19,993 nt of DNA from Octopus sinensis (GCF_006345805.1 NW_021824072.1:1-19993), one strand, 5' to 3'. Numbered from the stretch's first letter, positions 10,766 to 19,993 are shown. Made by a program: numbers and translations. The notes: a model not told the origin generated them from the letters alone.

Positions 10766-11100
10766 CATGCTAACTTACATTTTTGCACTCACACATAAAT
10801 ATACACAACACTGATTCTTCTACGCATATAAATACATATAGAAACGCACACACACACATACACCCACGCGCTTTTATAGCTTCACTGTCTCCCCACACAC
10901 ACCTCACACACATCTATATATTATTATCTCCAACGGATTCTTCAATACACAATTATAATCAATCACCAACTTTGATTTTTTAAAAATACTATTAAATAAA
11001 TCTCCGGAAGGATAAAAGCAATATTCGATCGAACTCCATCGATATTTGAACTCCGAACGTGAAAGGTCGAAAATAAATACCGAAAATCTTTTACATTTTC

Positions 11101-11120
11101 ATATATATACATATATATAC

Positions 11121-11161
<41 letters not shown>

Positions 11162-11180
11162 TATACATATATATATATAT
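11101..11180. repeat. (TA)n microsatellite
   Basis: Direct inspection. Confidence 0.95.
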
Positions 11181-11954
11181 TCTTTCTTCGGTTTCAGTAA
11201 ATCCAATTCATTGCGCTTTTATTTCTCCTCTCTCCTCTGGTAACAAATGCTAGCTTCACGTCGATTTAGGAAATATTTATTTTTAATCTCTTTGAATTGT
11301 AATTATAGTAATTATATATCACCGTCTTCTTTTAACAAAATGTCAGTGAGTTATTAATTAATTTCGTTTGAATTTCATTCAAAACTTCTTTAATGTTTCA
11401 TCTTGCCAGCGTGACCAAAAGAATATAATTATTGGAGGAAAAATTCTTTGAAGTATTTTCGCTATTTACAGTTTCGGTTAGACTTGTGTGAAATGAAACA
11501 GCTTGAACAACATTTCATTACAGAGAATACACACATACATCTCACACATACACACACAGACAAGCATATATATACTGCTACAGGAATACACATGATACGT
11601 ACACACACACATACAGACACGCTTGCGTTTACGCACAATGCAACTGCCATACAGACACACTTGCATATACGCTCTCCGGCATTGGCAGATATGCGGACAC
11701 ACTTGTGCTCGCGTACACAAACAGGTAGGCGAATTGGAAAGGAAAACAAACAAAAGCAAGAAGGAACAGGAAAAGTTATTCAAAGAAATTGAATGAGGAG
11801 AAAGGAAGACCGAGATCCAATAGAAAATCAATATCCGGTGTTACTACATTTTCTCGTAATTTTCGGTAGTTTTCTAAATATTCATACCTGAACGATTCTT
11901 CTTTTATTCTCTCTTCCTTTCTTGTGCACTCTCTCTCTGCCTGTTCCTTTCGTC

Positions 11955-11956
<2 letters not shown>

Positions 11957-11988
<32 letters not shown>
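11957..11988. repeat. (CT)n microsatellite within a pyrimidine-rich tract
   Basis: Direct inspection. Confidence 0.9.
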
Positions 11989-11990
<2 letters not shown>

Positions 11991-12244
11991 ATCTTTCTCT
12001 TTCTTTCATATCTTCCCCTCTACCTTTCCTTCTATTTCTCTCATTTGTGTAATTTTCCACCATTTTGTATCTGCACCGCAAACGTATTTTCTTTCTGTTA
12101 AAATTCTTTACACTTTCTAAGAGATACGATGTCAGGTAGGCTGCTAAATCAGGCATACACATACGCACACGTAGACACACACACAGACACACACATACAC
12201 AAACACACACACACAAACGAATTCAACATCACCGAAATTTGGAC

Positions 12245-12545
12245 GGAAAAAGTTTGCTTCTCAATCACGAGGACTCACATTCAATCCCACACCAACAGAT
12301 TCTAGGTAAGTGACTTTTACTATGACGTCACTCAACCCAAGCATTGTTATCAAAATTGTACTGACGGAAACTTTGGGGGAAGCCCGACAACTGGACTACA
12401 TCTGTTTCTCGAAGGTACAGTATTGTGATTCACTGTGTTACTCGGATTTTGTTCGATTGCTACTTTTAGACAACACATATCTGTGAGGTACTCAGCCACT
12501 TCCACACTAAGTCAAAGAGAAGGTAATTCACTTGATTGCACATTT
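12245..12545 (+). mobile_element. Degenerate SINE remnants (family A-like head/body followed by family C-like tail)
   Basis: GCTTCTCAATCAC..TTCAATCCCA..GGTAAGTGACTTTTACTATG..GACGGAAACT..GAAGCCCG (A-like), then ACACATATCTGTGAGGTACTCAGCCACTTCCACAC (C-like, compare the reverse complement of 2770-2815). Confidence 0.55.
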
Positions 12546-12553
12546 CACAGCAA

Positions 12554-12554
<1 letters not shown>

Positions 12555-12584
<30 letters not shown>

Positions 12585-12596
12585 ATATACATATAT

Positions 12597-12668
<72 letters not shown>
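12555..12668. repeat. (TA)n microsatellite
   Basis: Direct inspection. Confidence 0.97.
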
Positions 12669-12670
<2 letters not shown>

Positions 12671-12808
12671 GGAGTAAACACATAAATGTGAAACAAAGTA
12701 GAAAAAAGAGTACTCAAATACCAGTGGTAGAGTGATATACTTTATTTAAAGCAGCAGAAAATTCAACAAAACCTGTTACTCTGAGTTTCGCGTTCCCGTT
12801 CGTCGGAC

Positions 12809-12809
<1 letters not shown>
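12669..12809 (-). mobile_element. Penelope pLTR-like fragment (family P-A) embedded in (TA)n
   Basis: 140-bp unique segment between two TA tracts, starting with a hammerhead-like motif on the minus strand. Confidence 0.65.
12773..12809 (-). ncRNA. Minimal type I hammerhead-like motif, non-canonical core CCGACGA
   Basis: UGU-CCGACGA-ACG GGAA CGC-GAAA-CUCAGAGU-A-ACAG: stem I UGU/ACA, stem II with a terminal mismatch, palindromic stem III ACUC-A-GAGU. Confidence 0.55.
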
Positions 12810-12843
<34 letters not shown>

Positions 12844-12845
12844 CT

Positions 12846-13098
12846 TATAACATTGTCCCAAAACTGATCCAAGAGGAAGAGGATCCCATTACCTTTAAAC
12901 GGAATCTGGACAAATTTTTTCGAGGAATACCAGATAAGCCACCTATACCTGGATACAACTCACTCCCTACTTGAATGGACCATGATATCACAAGACCTGA
13001 CTTAAAAGGGATTTAGATAAGCCTATCGGGTGGTACTATTAAGTTAGATATGGCCTGGATCAGTCTTTGGTCGAAGCATATCTAATTTTATCTAAGTT
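12846..13098 (+). mobile_element. 3' fragment of a CR1/L2-group LINE (ORF2 C-terminus plus 3' UTR)
   Basis: 12846-12974 translates YNIVPKLIQEEEDPITFKRNLDKFFRGIPDKPPIPGYNSLPT*, matching the (L)xNxLP...FKxxLDKFLxxIPDxP..GY C-terminal pattern. It ends in a duplicated ATCTAA(T/G)TTT tail. Not in the ORF track. Confidence 0.7.
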
Positions 13099-13107
13099 TA
13101 TATATAT

Positions 13108-13274
13108 ATTGATAGAAAATGGCAAGACAAGAAAAGAATGAAAGAGACCTCGATATTATGTAAATAGAGGAATTTATCTGTAAATATGATATGTAACAAT
13201 TATTCGGTAGTCATGAGAAAACTCCGAGTTTCGGACGTAGGGCGGAAACCCGCGCCGCCATCTCTTCAGTTATC
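13108..13274 (-). mobile_element. Penelope pLTR-like fragment (family P-B), left copy
   Basis: Begins with a hammerhead motif and ends in (TA)n; 13175-13274 is the inverted partner of 13342-13442. Confidence 0.75.
13215..13274 (-). ncRNA. Type I hammerhead ribozyme motif (CUGAAGA core)
   Basis: GAUAA-CUGAAGA-GAUG...CGUC-C-GAAA-CUCGGAGU-U-UUCUC; one mismatch in stem I. Confidence 0.7.
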
Positions 13275-13341
13275 GGGCCATTGAAAAAATGCTACACACA
13301 TTCCTTCCAAGCACTCCTATTAACAAGCACTACTGTAAATG

Positions 13342-13402
13342 GATAACTGACGAGATGGCGGCGTGGGTTTCCGCCCCGACATCCGAAACTCGGAGTTTTA
13401 TC
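13342..13402 (+). ncRNA. Type I hammerhead ribozyme motif (CUGACGA core)
   Basis: Stem I GAUAA (13342-46) / UUAUC (13398-402), core CUGACGA 13347-53, stem II GAUG/CAUC plus GGCGG/CCGCC, GAAA 13385-88, palindromic stem III ACUC-G-GAGU, predicted cleavage after U13397. Confidence 0.78.
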
Positions 13403-13442
13403 ATGCCTACTGAATAATTGTCCCATATTATATTTTCAGATA
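13342..13442 (+). mobile_element. Penelope pLTR-like fragment (family P-B), right copy, inverted relative to 13175-13274
   Basis: About 12 differences in 101 bp versus the reverse complement of 13175-13274 (manual count). Confidence 0.75.
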
Positions 13443-13467
13443 TATATATATACATATATATTTGTAT

Positions 13468-13499
<32 letters not shown>

Positions 13500-13501
13500 A
13501 C

Positions 13502-13534
<33 letters not shown>

Positions 13535-13609
13535 TGTATATGTATATCTATATATGTATATATATATATATACATATATATATATACATATATACACACA
13601 CACACACAC
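13443..13609. repeat. (TA)n/(CA)n compound microsatellite
   Basis: Direct inspection; encodes the spurious N-terminus of ORF 13418-13906. Confidence 0.95.
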
Positions 13610-14790
13610 GGAGTGGCCATGGGAACGCGAATGGGCCCCAACTATGCGAACCTGTTCGTTGGCTATGTTGAGGCCCAAATATTCTCTAATTTCACTGGTC
13701 CCACTCCTGAACTATATGGTCGTTACATCGACGACATTATCTGTGCCACCTCACTCTCCCGCGAACATCTAGATTCCTTCCTCTCTTTCGTCCAATCTTT
13801 CCATCCAGCCCTCCACTTCACTTCCACTATCTCTAACACCTCTGTCTCCTTCCTCGACATTTCGGTTAGCATTCTTCACTCCACTCTTACCACCTCCATT
13901 CACTAAAAACACACAGACTCACACTCATACCTCAACTTCTCTTCCTCCCACCCAGAACACACCAAGCTTTCCATCCCCTATTCCCAATTCCTCCGTCTAC
14001 GTAGGCTCTGTAGTGACGACCATGACTTTGAGACTCAGTCTCAACGTATGGCTCACCACTTCACCCTACGTGGATACCCCCTCACCACTATCCACACCGC
14101 CCTTGCCAGAGCACGGTCCGTGGACCGTGTATCTGCTCTCTCTCCCCGAACCCGCCCTGTAGTCTCCCGCCTCCCTTTTCCCCTCACTTACCACCCCACG
14201 ACCCTACGTCTCCAACGCACCATTCTTCGAGCTTTCCGTCATCTCAAGTCCGACCCGTCCACTTCACACCTCTTCCCTAACCGACCCCTCCCCTCTTTCA
14301 AACGAGCCCACAACCTTCGAGACCTTTTGGTCCATAGCTCCTTCCCTGACCCTACCTCCCAACCCGGCTCGTTCCCCTGCTCCCGCCCACGTTGCCGCAC
14401 TTGCCCTTACCTCTCCAACACCACCCGCCTCACTAGCACCCACCATCGACCCTATCCCATCATCCACTCCTTCACCTGCACTTCCAGCAATATTATCTAT
14501 TGCATCTCTTGCTCTCTCTGCAATTCCTTGTACATCGGAAAAACGGGACGCCGCTGGCTGACCGGTTCGCGGAACACCTTCGTGACATCCACCTTGCGAA
14601 CGACACACCGGTCTCACGCCATTTCCGCTCCACCGGTCACTCCTGCAACACCTATCTGTGTTCGGTTTGTCCTTACACAGAGGCCATCCGGATTCCCGTT
14701 TGCGCCGTGAACAGGAATTAATCTTCTCTCTTCGCTCTTATACGCCATTGGTCTCAACTCTCCCCCCCTCCTCATCTAATCCCCCTCTCC
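13610..14790 (+). pseudogene. Penelope-like RT C-terminal half, Cys-rich linker and GIY-YIG endonuclease, disrupted
   Basis: [23 protein letters not shown] (13724-35), FLD, in-frame TAA at 13904-06 followed by KHTDSHSYL..SSHP..YSQFLRLRRLCS, CSRPRCRTC linker, IIYCISCSLCNSLYIG (14492-14539), then frameshifts near 14553, 14655 and 14748 before LADRFAEH / REQELIFSL / GLN. Confidence 0.93.
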
Positions 14791-15115
14791 CCCCATCACC
14801 TATCCTTTCCCCCGACCCCTACCTCTTCAGTCCTTCATCCTTTCACCCCTACTCCCCTTCCCTTCTTCCCTCTTTCTCCCTCCTCCTTCCCTCTTCCCCT
14901 TCCCTCTGCTCCCCACTCCCCTTCTTCTACCCCTCTCCCTCTTTCCTCCTTCATCCCCCCTCCTCCCATTTCTTCTCCCCCCTCTCTCCCTCCTCTCCTA
15001 CCCCCCTTCTCCCCCCTCCTCTCCTCTCCCCCTCTCCCCCTCCTCCCCCTCTCCTCCCCCTCTTATTCCCCTCCCCTTATCTCCCCCTCTTCTCTCCCTC
15101 CCCCTCTTCTCCTCA
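14755..15115. repeat. C/T-rich low-complexity (polypyrimidine) tract
   Basis: Almost G-free on the + strand; source of the Pro/Ser/Leu-rich tail of ORF 14658-15152. Confidence 0.92.
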
Positions 15116-15153
15116 CTACACCACACGACTTTACACATCACATCATATATGAT

Positions 15154-15545
15154 GTGCCATACTAATACATACACCAACTAATACATACTAATACGTACTA
15201 ATACATACTAATACATACTAATACATACACCAACCCTATACATACACACGTCCAGACCCCTCATACGCACTTATACTCTCTCATACACACACACACACCA
15301 CTTATACATACTAATACGTACTAATACATACTAATACATACTAATACATACACCAACCCCATACATACGCACGTCCAGACCAATCCTACGCACTAATACT
15401 CTCTCATACACACACACACACACACACCCTTATACATACTAATACATACACCAACCCTATACATACACACGTCCAGACCCCTCCTACGCACTATTAGCTG
15501 GTCCTTCAACCCTATTATCAACCCATTATCAACCCTATTATCTCC
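15154..15545. repeat. Nested minisatellite: ~100-125 bp units containing variable numbers of CATACTAATA 10-mers, followed by three ~13-bp TCAACCCTATTA-type units
   Basis: GTCCAGACC recurs at 15250, 15373 and 15471; the 10-mer copy number differs between units. Confidence 0.9.
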
Positions 15546-15672
15546 CCTTATTTCGCTCTCGCGTCTCATGTTTGATCTTTGACCTCTGGCCGAAATCAGA
15601 TCGCCATGTTGATTCGTTAGCTACTGCACGCATTTTTTTCTCTCCTTCTTTCTGTGTTTTTCTCTCTGTGTA

Positions 15673-15710
15673 TCTTTCTGTTGAAGAGCGTAGGCTCGAA
15701 ACGTTAAAGA
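15673..15710 (+). ncRNA. Minimal type I hammerhead-like motif, non-canonical core CUGUUGA+A
   Basis: UCUUU-CUGUUGA-A-GAGC GUAG GCUC-GAAA-CGU-U-AAAGA: 5-bp stem I, 4-bp stem II, palindromic ACGU stem III. Confidence 0.62.
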
Positions 15711-15807
15711 CTTGTTTTATTTATATTTCCTGAGCGCCATACTAATACAATTGTTCGTTGTTTTCCACCTGCCTTCGTCTTTTGTCTATTTCATAAAGCT
15801 TCCCGTT

Positions 15808-15830
15808 ATATATATGTATATATATGTATA

Positions 15831-15917
<87 letters not shown>

Positions 15918-15920
15918 ATA
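15808..15920. repeat. (TA)n microsatellite
   Basis: Direct inspection. Confidence 0.97.
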
Positions 15921-16401
15921 ACAGTGGTGTGTGAGAGAAAGAGAAAGACAGAGAACACACAGCTTGACAGAGACACAGAGAAAGAGAGGGTAAGGGAGAA
16001 AGAGACAGAAGAGAGTGAGACACCAGATGCGACAGCAACCATTGTGCAATTTGCATTTAAGACAGTGTGTGTATGTGTGTGTGTTAGTGTGACGGTGGTA
16101 GGTGATGACTGCAGAGAATATATTTGTAAGGCATGTTAGCATAATCTATTCTAGTATGTAAAGTGATCCCCAGGAGAATGTGAAAGTTATGTAACAATTA
16201 ACTGAAAACAATTCCGTATCTTGTTGGCATGTCATTAACACTTCCAGGTATATCTGCATCTTTACACATAGTGCAATTACACTGATACATGCACATACAT
16301 GCACCATGCAGCCTTAGCAACTAATATATAGAACACCCAACCACGTGAAGTCAATAAGCGAATAACGTTTCGTACGTATATATACACACACGCAAGCAAT
16401 T

Positions 16402-16847
16402 AGATCTTTTCGGTTTGAACGGCAGTTTTTAACATAATTTCTAGGTAACTAAAAAATTTTAAATTTCGTATACTGGTAGAATGTGTTTATAAAACATCTT
16501 TTTCTCTTGACTTTATTGAGAAAATTCTATAACTTGTAAGATATTTGTTGTTTTTTCTTCAATTTCTGCAATTTCAACCAATCAATGACGTCTATTGAGG
16601 TAAAAAAACATTCTGTGCCGTATGAATATGTCCCTCGTTCAAGAAACAGATTGGGTTTATTTACATTTGTGAAGAAAAAAGATACCCTTCCCCCACCCGT
16701 AACTCTAACCCTAACCCTGACTAACACTAACTAATCCTAACCCTAAAACAGATTGAAATGCAATAGATCGATACTAGGGTCATAATTATGGGTGACAATT
16801 TCATATGACACCGTTAGAAAAAAAACTGCCGTTCAAACCGAAAAGAT
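16402..16847. mobile_element. MITE copy 2, 446 bp, with a 10-bp target site duplication
   Basis: TIR (AG)ATCTTTTCGGTTTGAACGGCAGTTTTT / AAAAACTGCCGTTCAAACCGAAAAGAT; GCAAGCAATT at 16392-16401 and 16848-16857. Confidence 0.93.
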
Positions 16848-17193
16848 GCAAGCAATTTGTTATCTTCAGATATATACAAAAGACGTGATGTCTGTACTTG
16901 TGTGAACCTACATCGCCGCAGAGACTTAAAAAAGGGGTAGCTGTTTCGAACCCCTTCCTGTACCAAAGGCCAGTCAGAAAAGAATGATCCCTGAAAATGT
17001 GCCCCCAGCACTGCCGCAGCATTTGGGCTGAAATGCGTGGAAGAATCTATATTTCAAGTGTCATTCTCTTCGATTTTTTTTCTGTCTCTGTTTCTTTATC
17101 CATGTCTATCTCTCTGTCTGACCATCCGTCTCTCCCTCTCTCTCTCTCACTATATATATGCACATATATACATGTATTCATATTTATATATAT

Positions 17194-17582
17194 AGGGGCA
17201 GGTGTGGCTGTGTAGTAAGAAGCTTGCTTCCCTATCACATTGGGCAAGTGTCTTCTACTATAGCCTCGGCACGACCAAAGCCTTGCGAGTGGATTTAACG
17301 GACGGAAATTGAAAGAAGCCCGTCGCATATATTTATATGTACATACGAGTGTGTATGTCTTTGTGTCTGTGGTTTCCATCCGCCTCCATCACCGTATGAC
17401 AACCGGTATTGGTGTGTTTACGTTCCAGTAACTTAGCGTTTCGACAAAACACACCGATAGAATACGTAATAAGCTTTAAAAAAATGTTCTGGAGCCAATT
17501 TCTTCGACTAAAACCCTTCAAGAATGGCACTCCAGCATGGCCGCAGTCAAATGACCGAAGCAAGTAAAAGAATAAAAGAATA
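17194..17582 (+). mobile_element. tRNA-SINE family A, diverged, B box region deleted
   Basis: Colinear with the reverse complement of 3-412; CACAT joins directly to TGGGCAAG near 17240. Confidence 0.88.
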
Positions 17583-17611
17583 TAAATACATGCATATATA
17601 GATATGTGTTT

Positions 17612-17620
<9 letters not shown>

Positions 17621-17687
<67 letters not shown>

Positions 17688-17910
17688 GATGTATATATAT
17701 ATTGTTGTATTTAGGAATGGTCATTTTGCCAGTTTAGCCAATAAAAACACACGCACTATATATATATATATATATATATATAATCAAATATCAATTACCA
17801 GATAATACCAAACACGTACTTTATTAAACCAATCTCAATTTGTATATATATATATATATATTTATATATGTATATATCTACATGTGTATATATATGTATA
17901 TATTTATATA
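17621..17910. repeat. Cluster of (CA)n and (TA)n microsatellites
   Basis: Direct inspection. Confidence 0.85.
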
Positions 17911-17985
17911 TCACCTTGATCACCTTGACCGACCAGGTCGACGGGTGTCCATTTGACACCGCTGGTCACAGCACGCTGTCCACTC
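17908..17985 (-). mobile_element. 3' tail fragment related to family D tail type 1
   Basis: ATCACCTTGACCGACCAGG...CACCGCTGGTCACA resembles 4692-4740; the terminal CAAGGTGAT is duplicated on the minus strand. Confidence 0.55.
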
Positions 17986-18021
17986 CTCTCTGGAGTATAT
18001 ATTTATATATATATATATATT

Positions 18022-18165
18022 ATTCAACTGGTACTTTATTTTGCCGATCCGGAGCAGATAAGAAGCAAAGAAGACCTCGAAGGAATTTGAACATAACGAG
18101 CCGCATGTGTCATGCCGTTTAGCATTTTGTCCTTCGGCGCAGTTATGCTTCTGCCAGCTCGCGGC
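18022..18165 (-). mobile_element. Degenerate family B SINE monomer
   Basis: CAACTGGTACTTTATTTT..GACCTCGAAGGAATTTGAAC..CTTCTGCCAGCTCGCGGC matches family B on the minus strand. Confidence 0.7.
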
Positions 18166-18315
18166 TATTGGAAACTTACTAATAATTATTCCTGATTCAG
18201 AACAAGGCAATTCGATTGATTGCAAAAATATTCGACTCCTCATCACCACAATGCAGCCACCAACTGATGAAAGGAAAGTTTCTATTATCTCCTTTTTCTT
18301 TCGCTATCCGAAAAG

Positions 18316-18866
18316 CGAAGTGTCCTAGTGGTTAGAGCAGCGGACTCGCGGTCGGGAGATTGCGGATTCGAAGCTCAGGCCGGGCGATGTGTGTGTTTAT
18401 GAGCGAAACACCTAAGCTCCATGCGACTCCGGCAGAAGGTAATGGCGAACTTCTGCTGAGTCTTTCGCCACAACTTTCTCTCACTCTTTCCTCCTGCATC
18501 TTGCAGCTCACCTGCGACGGACCGGCGTCTTGTCCAGGTTGGGAGCCTACACGCCAAGGAAACCGGGAAACCGGCCCTTATGAGCCAGCCATGGCTCGAG
18601 AAGGAACAAACAACTAAACTAAGACCGGGCAATGTGTGTGTTTATGAGCGAAACACCTAAGCTCCATGCGACACCGGCAGAAGGTAATGGCGAACTTCTG
18701 CTGACTCTTTCGCCACAACTTTCTCTCACTCTTTCCTCCTGCATCTTGCAGCTCACTTGCGACGGACCGGCGTCTTGTCCAGGTTGGGAGCCTATACGCC
18801 AAGGAAACCGGGAAACCGGCCCTTATGAGCCAGGCGTGGCTCAAGAAGGAAAAAAATAAAAAAAGC
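18316..18866 (+). mobile_element. tRNA-SINE family D, tail type 2, plus a head-less tandem second unit (245-bp period)
   Basis: A box GTCCTAGTGGTTAG and B box GGATTCGAAGC. CCGGGC(G/A)ATGTGTG at 18380 and 18625; about 8 mismatches between the units. Confidence 0.92.
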
Positions 18867-19157
18867 CTTCGCATCTGAAAATTAATCACACCCATCTGAC
18901 CAGTCTGAGGCGAGATTCGCTAAAGTTGCGGTCACTGCAATTTATTCTTTGGTTAACTTATTCAGTAATTAGTCCACACTCCCAGAACTCATTAATTCAA
19001 AATAGGTAACTAGAACAATTACAGAACTTGGTGAGAAACTTAGCTTATAAGTTCATGGTATTTCGTACAAGAATGTTGATAGACTCTGTGCAGATTACAT
19101 TACTTGCCTAATTTCATTTCGAAGTGGAAGGTGGGTATCAGAAATGTTAATGATACA

Positions 19158-19222
19158 TTATCTATCTATCTATCTATCTACTATCTATCTATCTATCTAT
19201 CTTCTATCTATCTATCCATATC

Positions 19223-19259
<37 letters not shown>

Positions 19260-19329
19260 TCTATCTAATCTATCCCTCATATCTATCTATCTATCATATC
19301 TATTGTCTATCTGTCTATCTATTCTATCT

Positions 19330-19373
<44 letters not shown>

Positions 19374-19398
19374 GTAGGTCTATCTGTCTATCTATCTG
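19158..19398. repeat. Interrupted (TATC)n microsatellite
   Basis: Direct inspection. Confidence 0.96.
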
Positions 19399-19848
19399 AT
19401 ACATCCTCTTCCAGAACAGTAAAAGCAGCATGCATCATATCAGTTTACTATTAACTAACTCTCTTTTTTGCTTTTCCTTACTAAACATTGGTAAATAAGT
19501 AATTGGTACAAGACCAACAAATGATGTAATCGATACTAAAAAGAACGAATGTAAAAATCGATATCTGTAAGAGATGAACACAACACTCAATGATGATGAT
19601 AAATATTGATCTAGGTTATTGGCACAAGACAGAGAAATGTGGTGGTGAACGATCTTATTCAATTGAATTGACTCCATGTCTTCTGTTATTGATCATGGAA
19701 TAAAAGCAAGTCAAAGAGTTTGTGATTCTGTATTACAATTTATTGGAACTTATAATGGTAAACCACTTTTCATTCCTGTGTGAATATTCTCATCGGCCAG
19801 CTAATTCATCTGTAATGTAATTCAATTTATTTCAAATCGTTACCGATC

Positions 19849-19993
19849 CAGGAGGGGCTGAGTGGTAAGTAGCTTGCTTGCTTGCTTACCAGCCACATCA
19901 CATGGTTCCGGGTTCAGTTCCACTGCGTGATACCTTTGGCCAAGTGTCTTCTACTATAGCCTCGGGTCGACCAATGCCTTGTGAATGGATTTG
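19849..19993 (+). mobile_element. tRNA-SINE family A 5' part, cut by the window end
   Basis: CAGGAGGGGCTGAGTGGTAAG..GGTTCCGGGTTCAGTTCC..TTGGCCAAGTGTCTTCTACTATAGCC, with small internal duplications (GCTT x3, CACAT x2). Confidence 0.9.

Larger units (their letters stand above)
13610..15807 (+). mobile_element. 5'-truncated Penelope-like retroelement (Neptune-type) with pyrimidine-rich 3' region and pLTR family P-C
   Basis: RT-GIY-YIG coding remnant 13610-~14790, C/T tract, tandem repeats, then a hammerhead-bearing pLTR ending at (TA)n near 15807. That the pLTR belongs to this ORF is inferred from same strand and contiguity. Confidence 0.85.

Noticed and set aside
11000-11090. Possible family B SINE trace (ATTTGAACTCCGAACGT)
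   Set aside because: Only ~17 bp of similarity, too little to annotate boundaries.
13418-14710. Active Penelope ORF or a domesticated RT gene
   Set aside because: 5'-truncated inside RT, with an in-frame stop at 13904 and at least three frameshifts.
16932-16956. GAAACAGCU motif (minus strand) resembling a hammerhead stem III
   Set aside because: No CUGANGA core at a suitable distance; it is just a 7-bp hairpin AAGGGGT/ACCCCTT.
18320-18395. tRNA gene (also the heads at ~4910-4983, 340-412 and 19849-19925)
   Set aside because: A and B boxes are present, but there is no acceptor-stem pairing and each continues into a SINE body.

Overview
Non-coding, AT-rich, repeat-saturated animal DNA. The SINE families and extreme microsatellite density look like an Octopus (cephalopod) genome; this is recognition from memory, not a database result. 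No intact host gene is supported, and almost all ORFs in the track are microsatellite artefacts. The real coding remnants are three dead retroelements: a 5'-truncated Penelope-like RT/GIY-YIG element (13610-15807, +), an R4/Dong-like zinc-knuckle/RLE 3' end (6697-7543, -) and a CR1-like ORF2 C-terminus (12846-13098, +). The window also holds at least four tRNA-SINE families (two forming head-to-tail arrays), two copies of a ~447 bp MITE carrying telomere-like repeats, and a ~100 bp foldback. The most notable feature is four minimal hammerhead-like motifs from three Penelope pLTR-like families within 3 kb, including a back-to-back inverted pair and two non-canonical cores.
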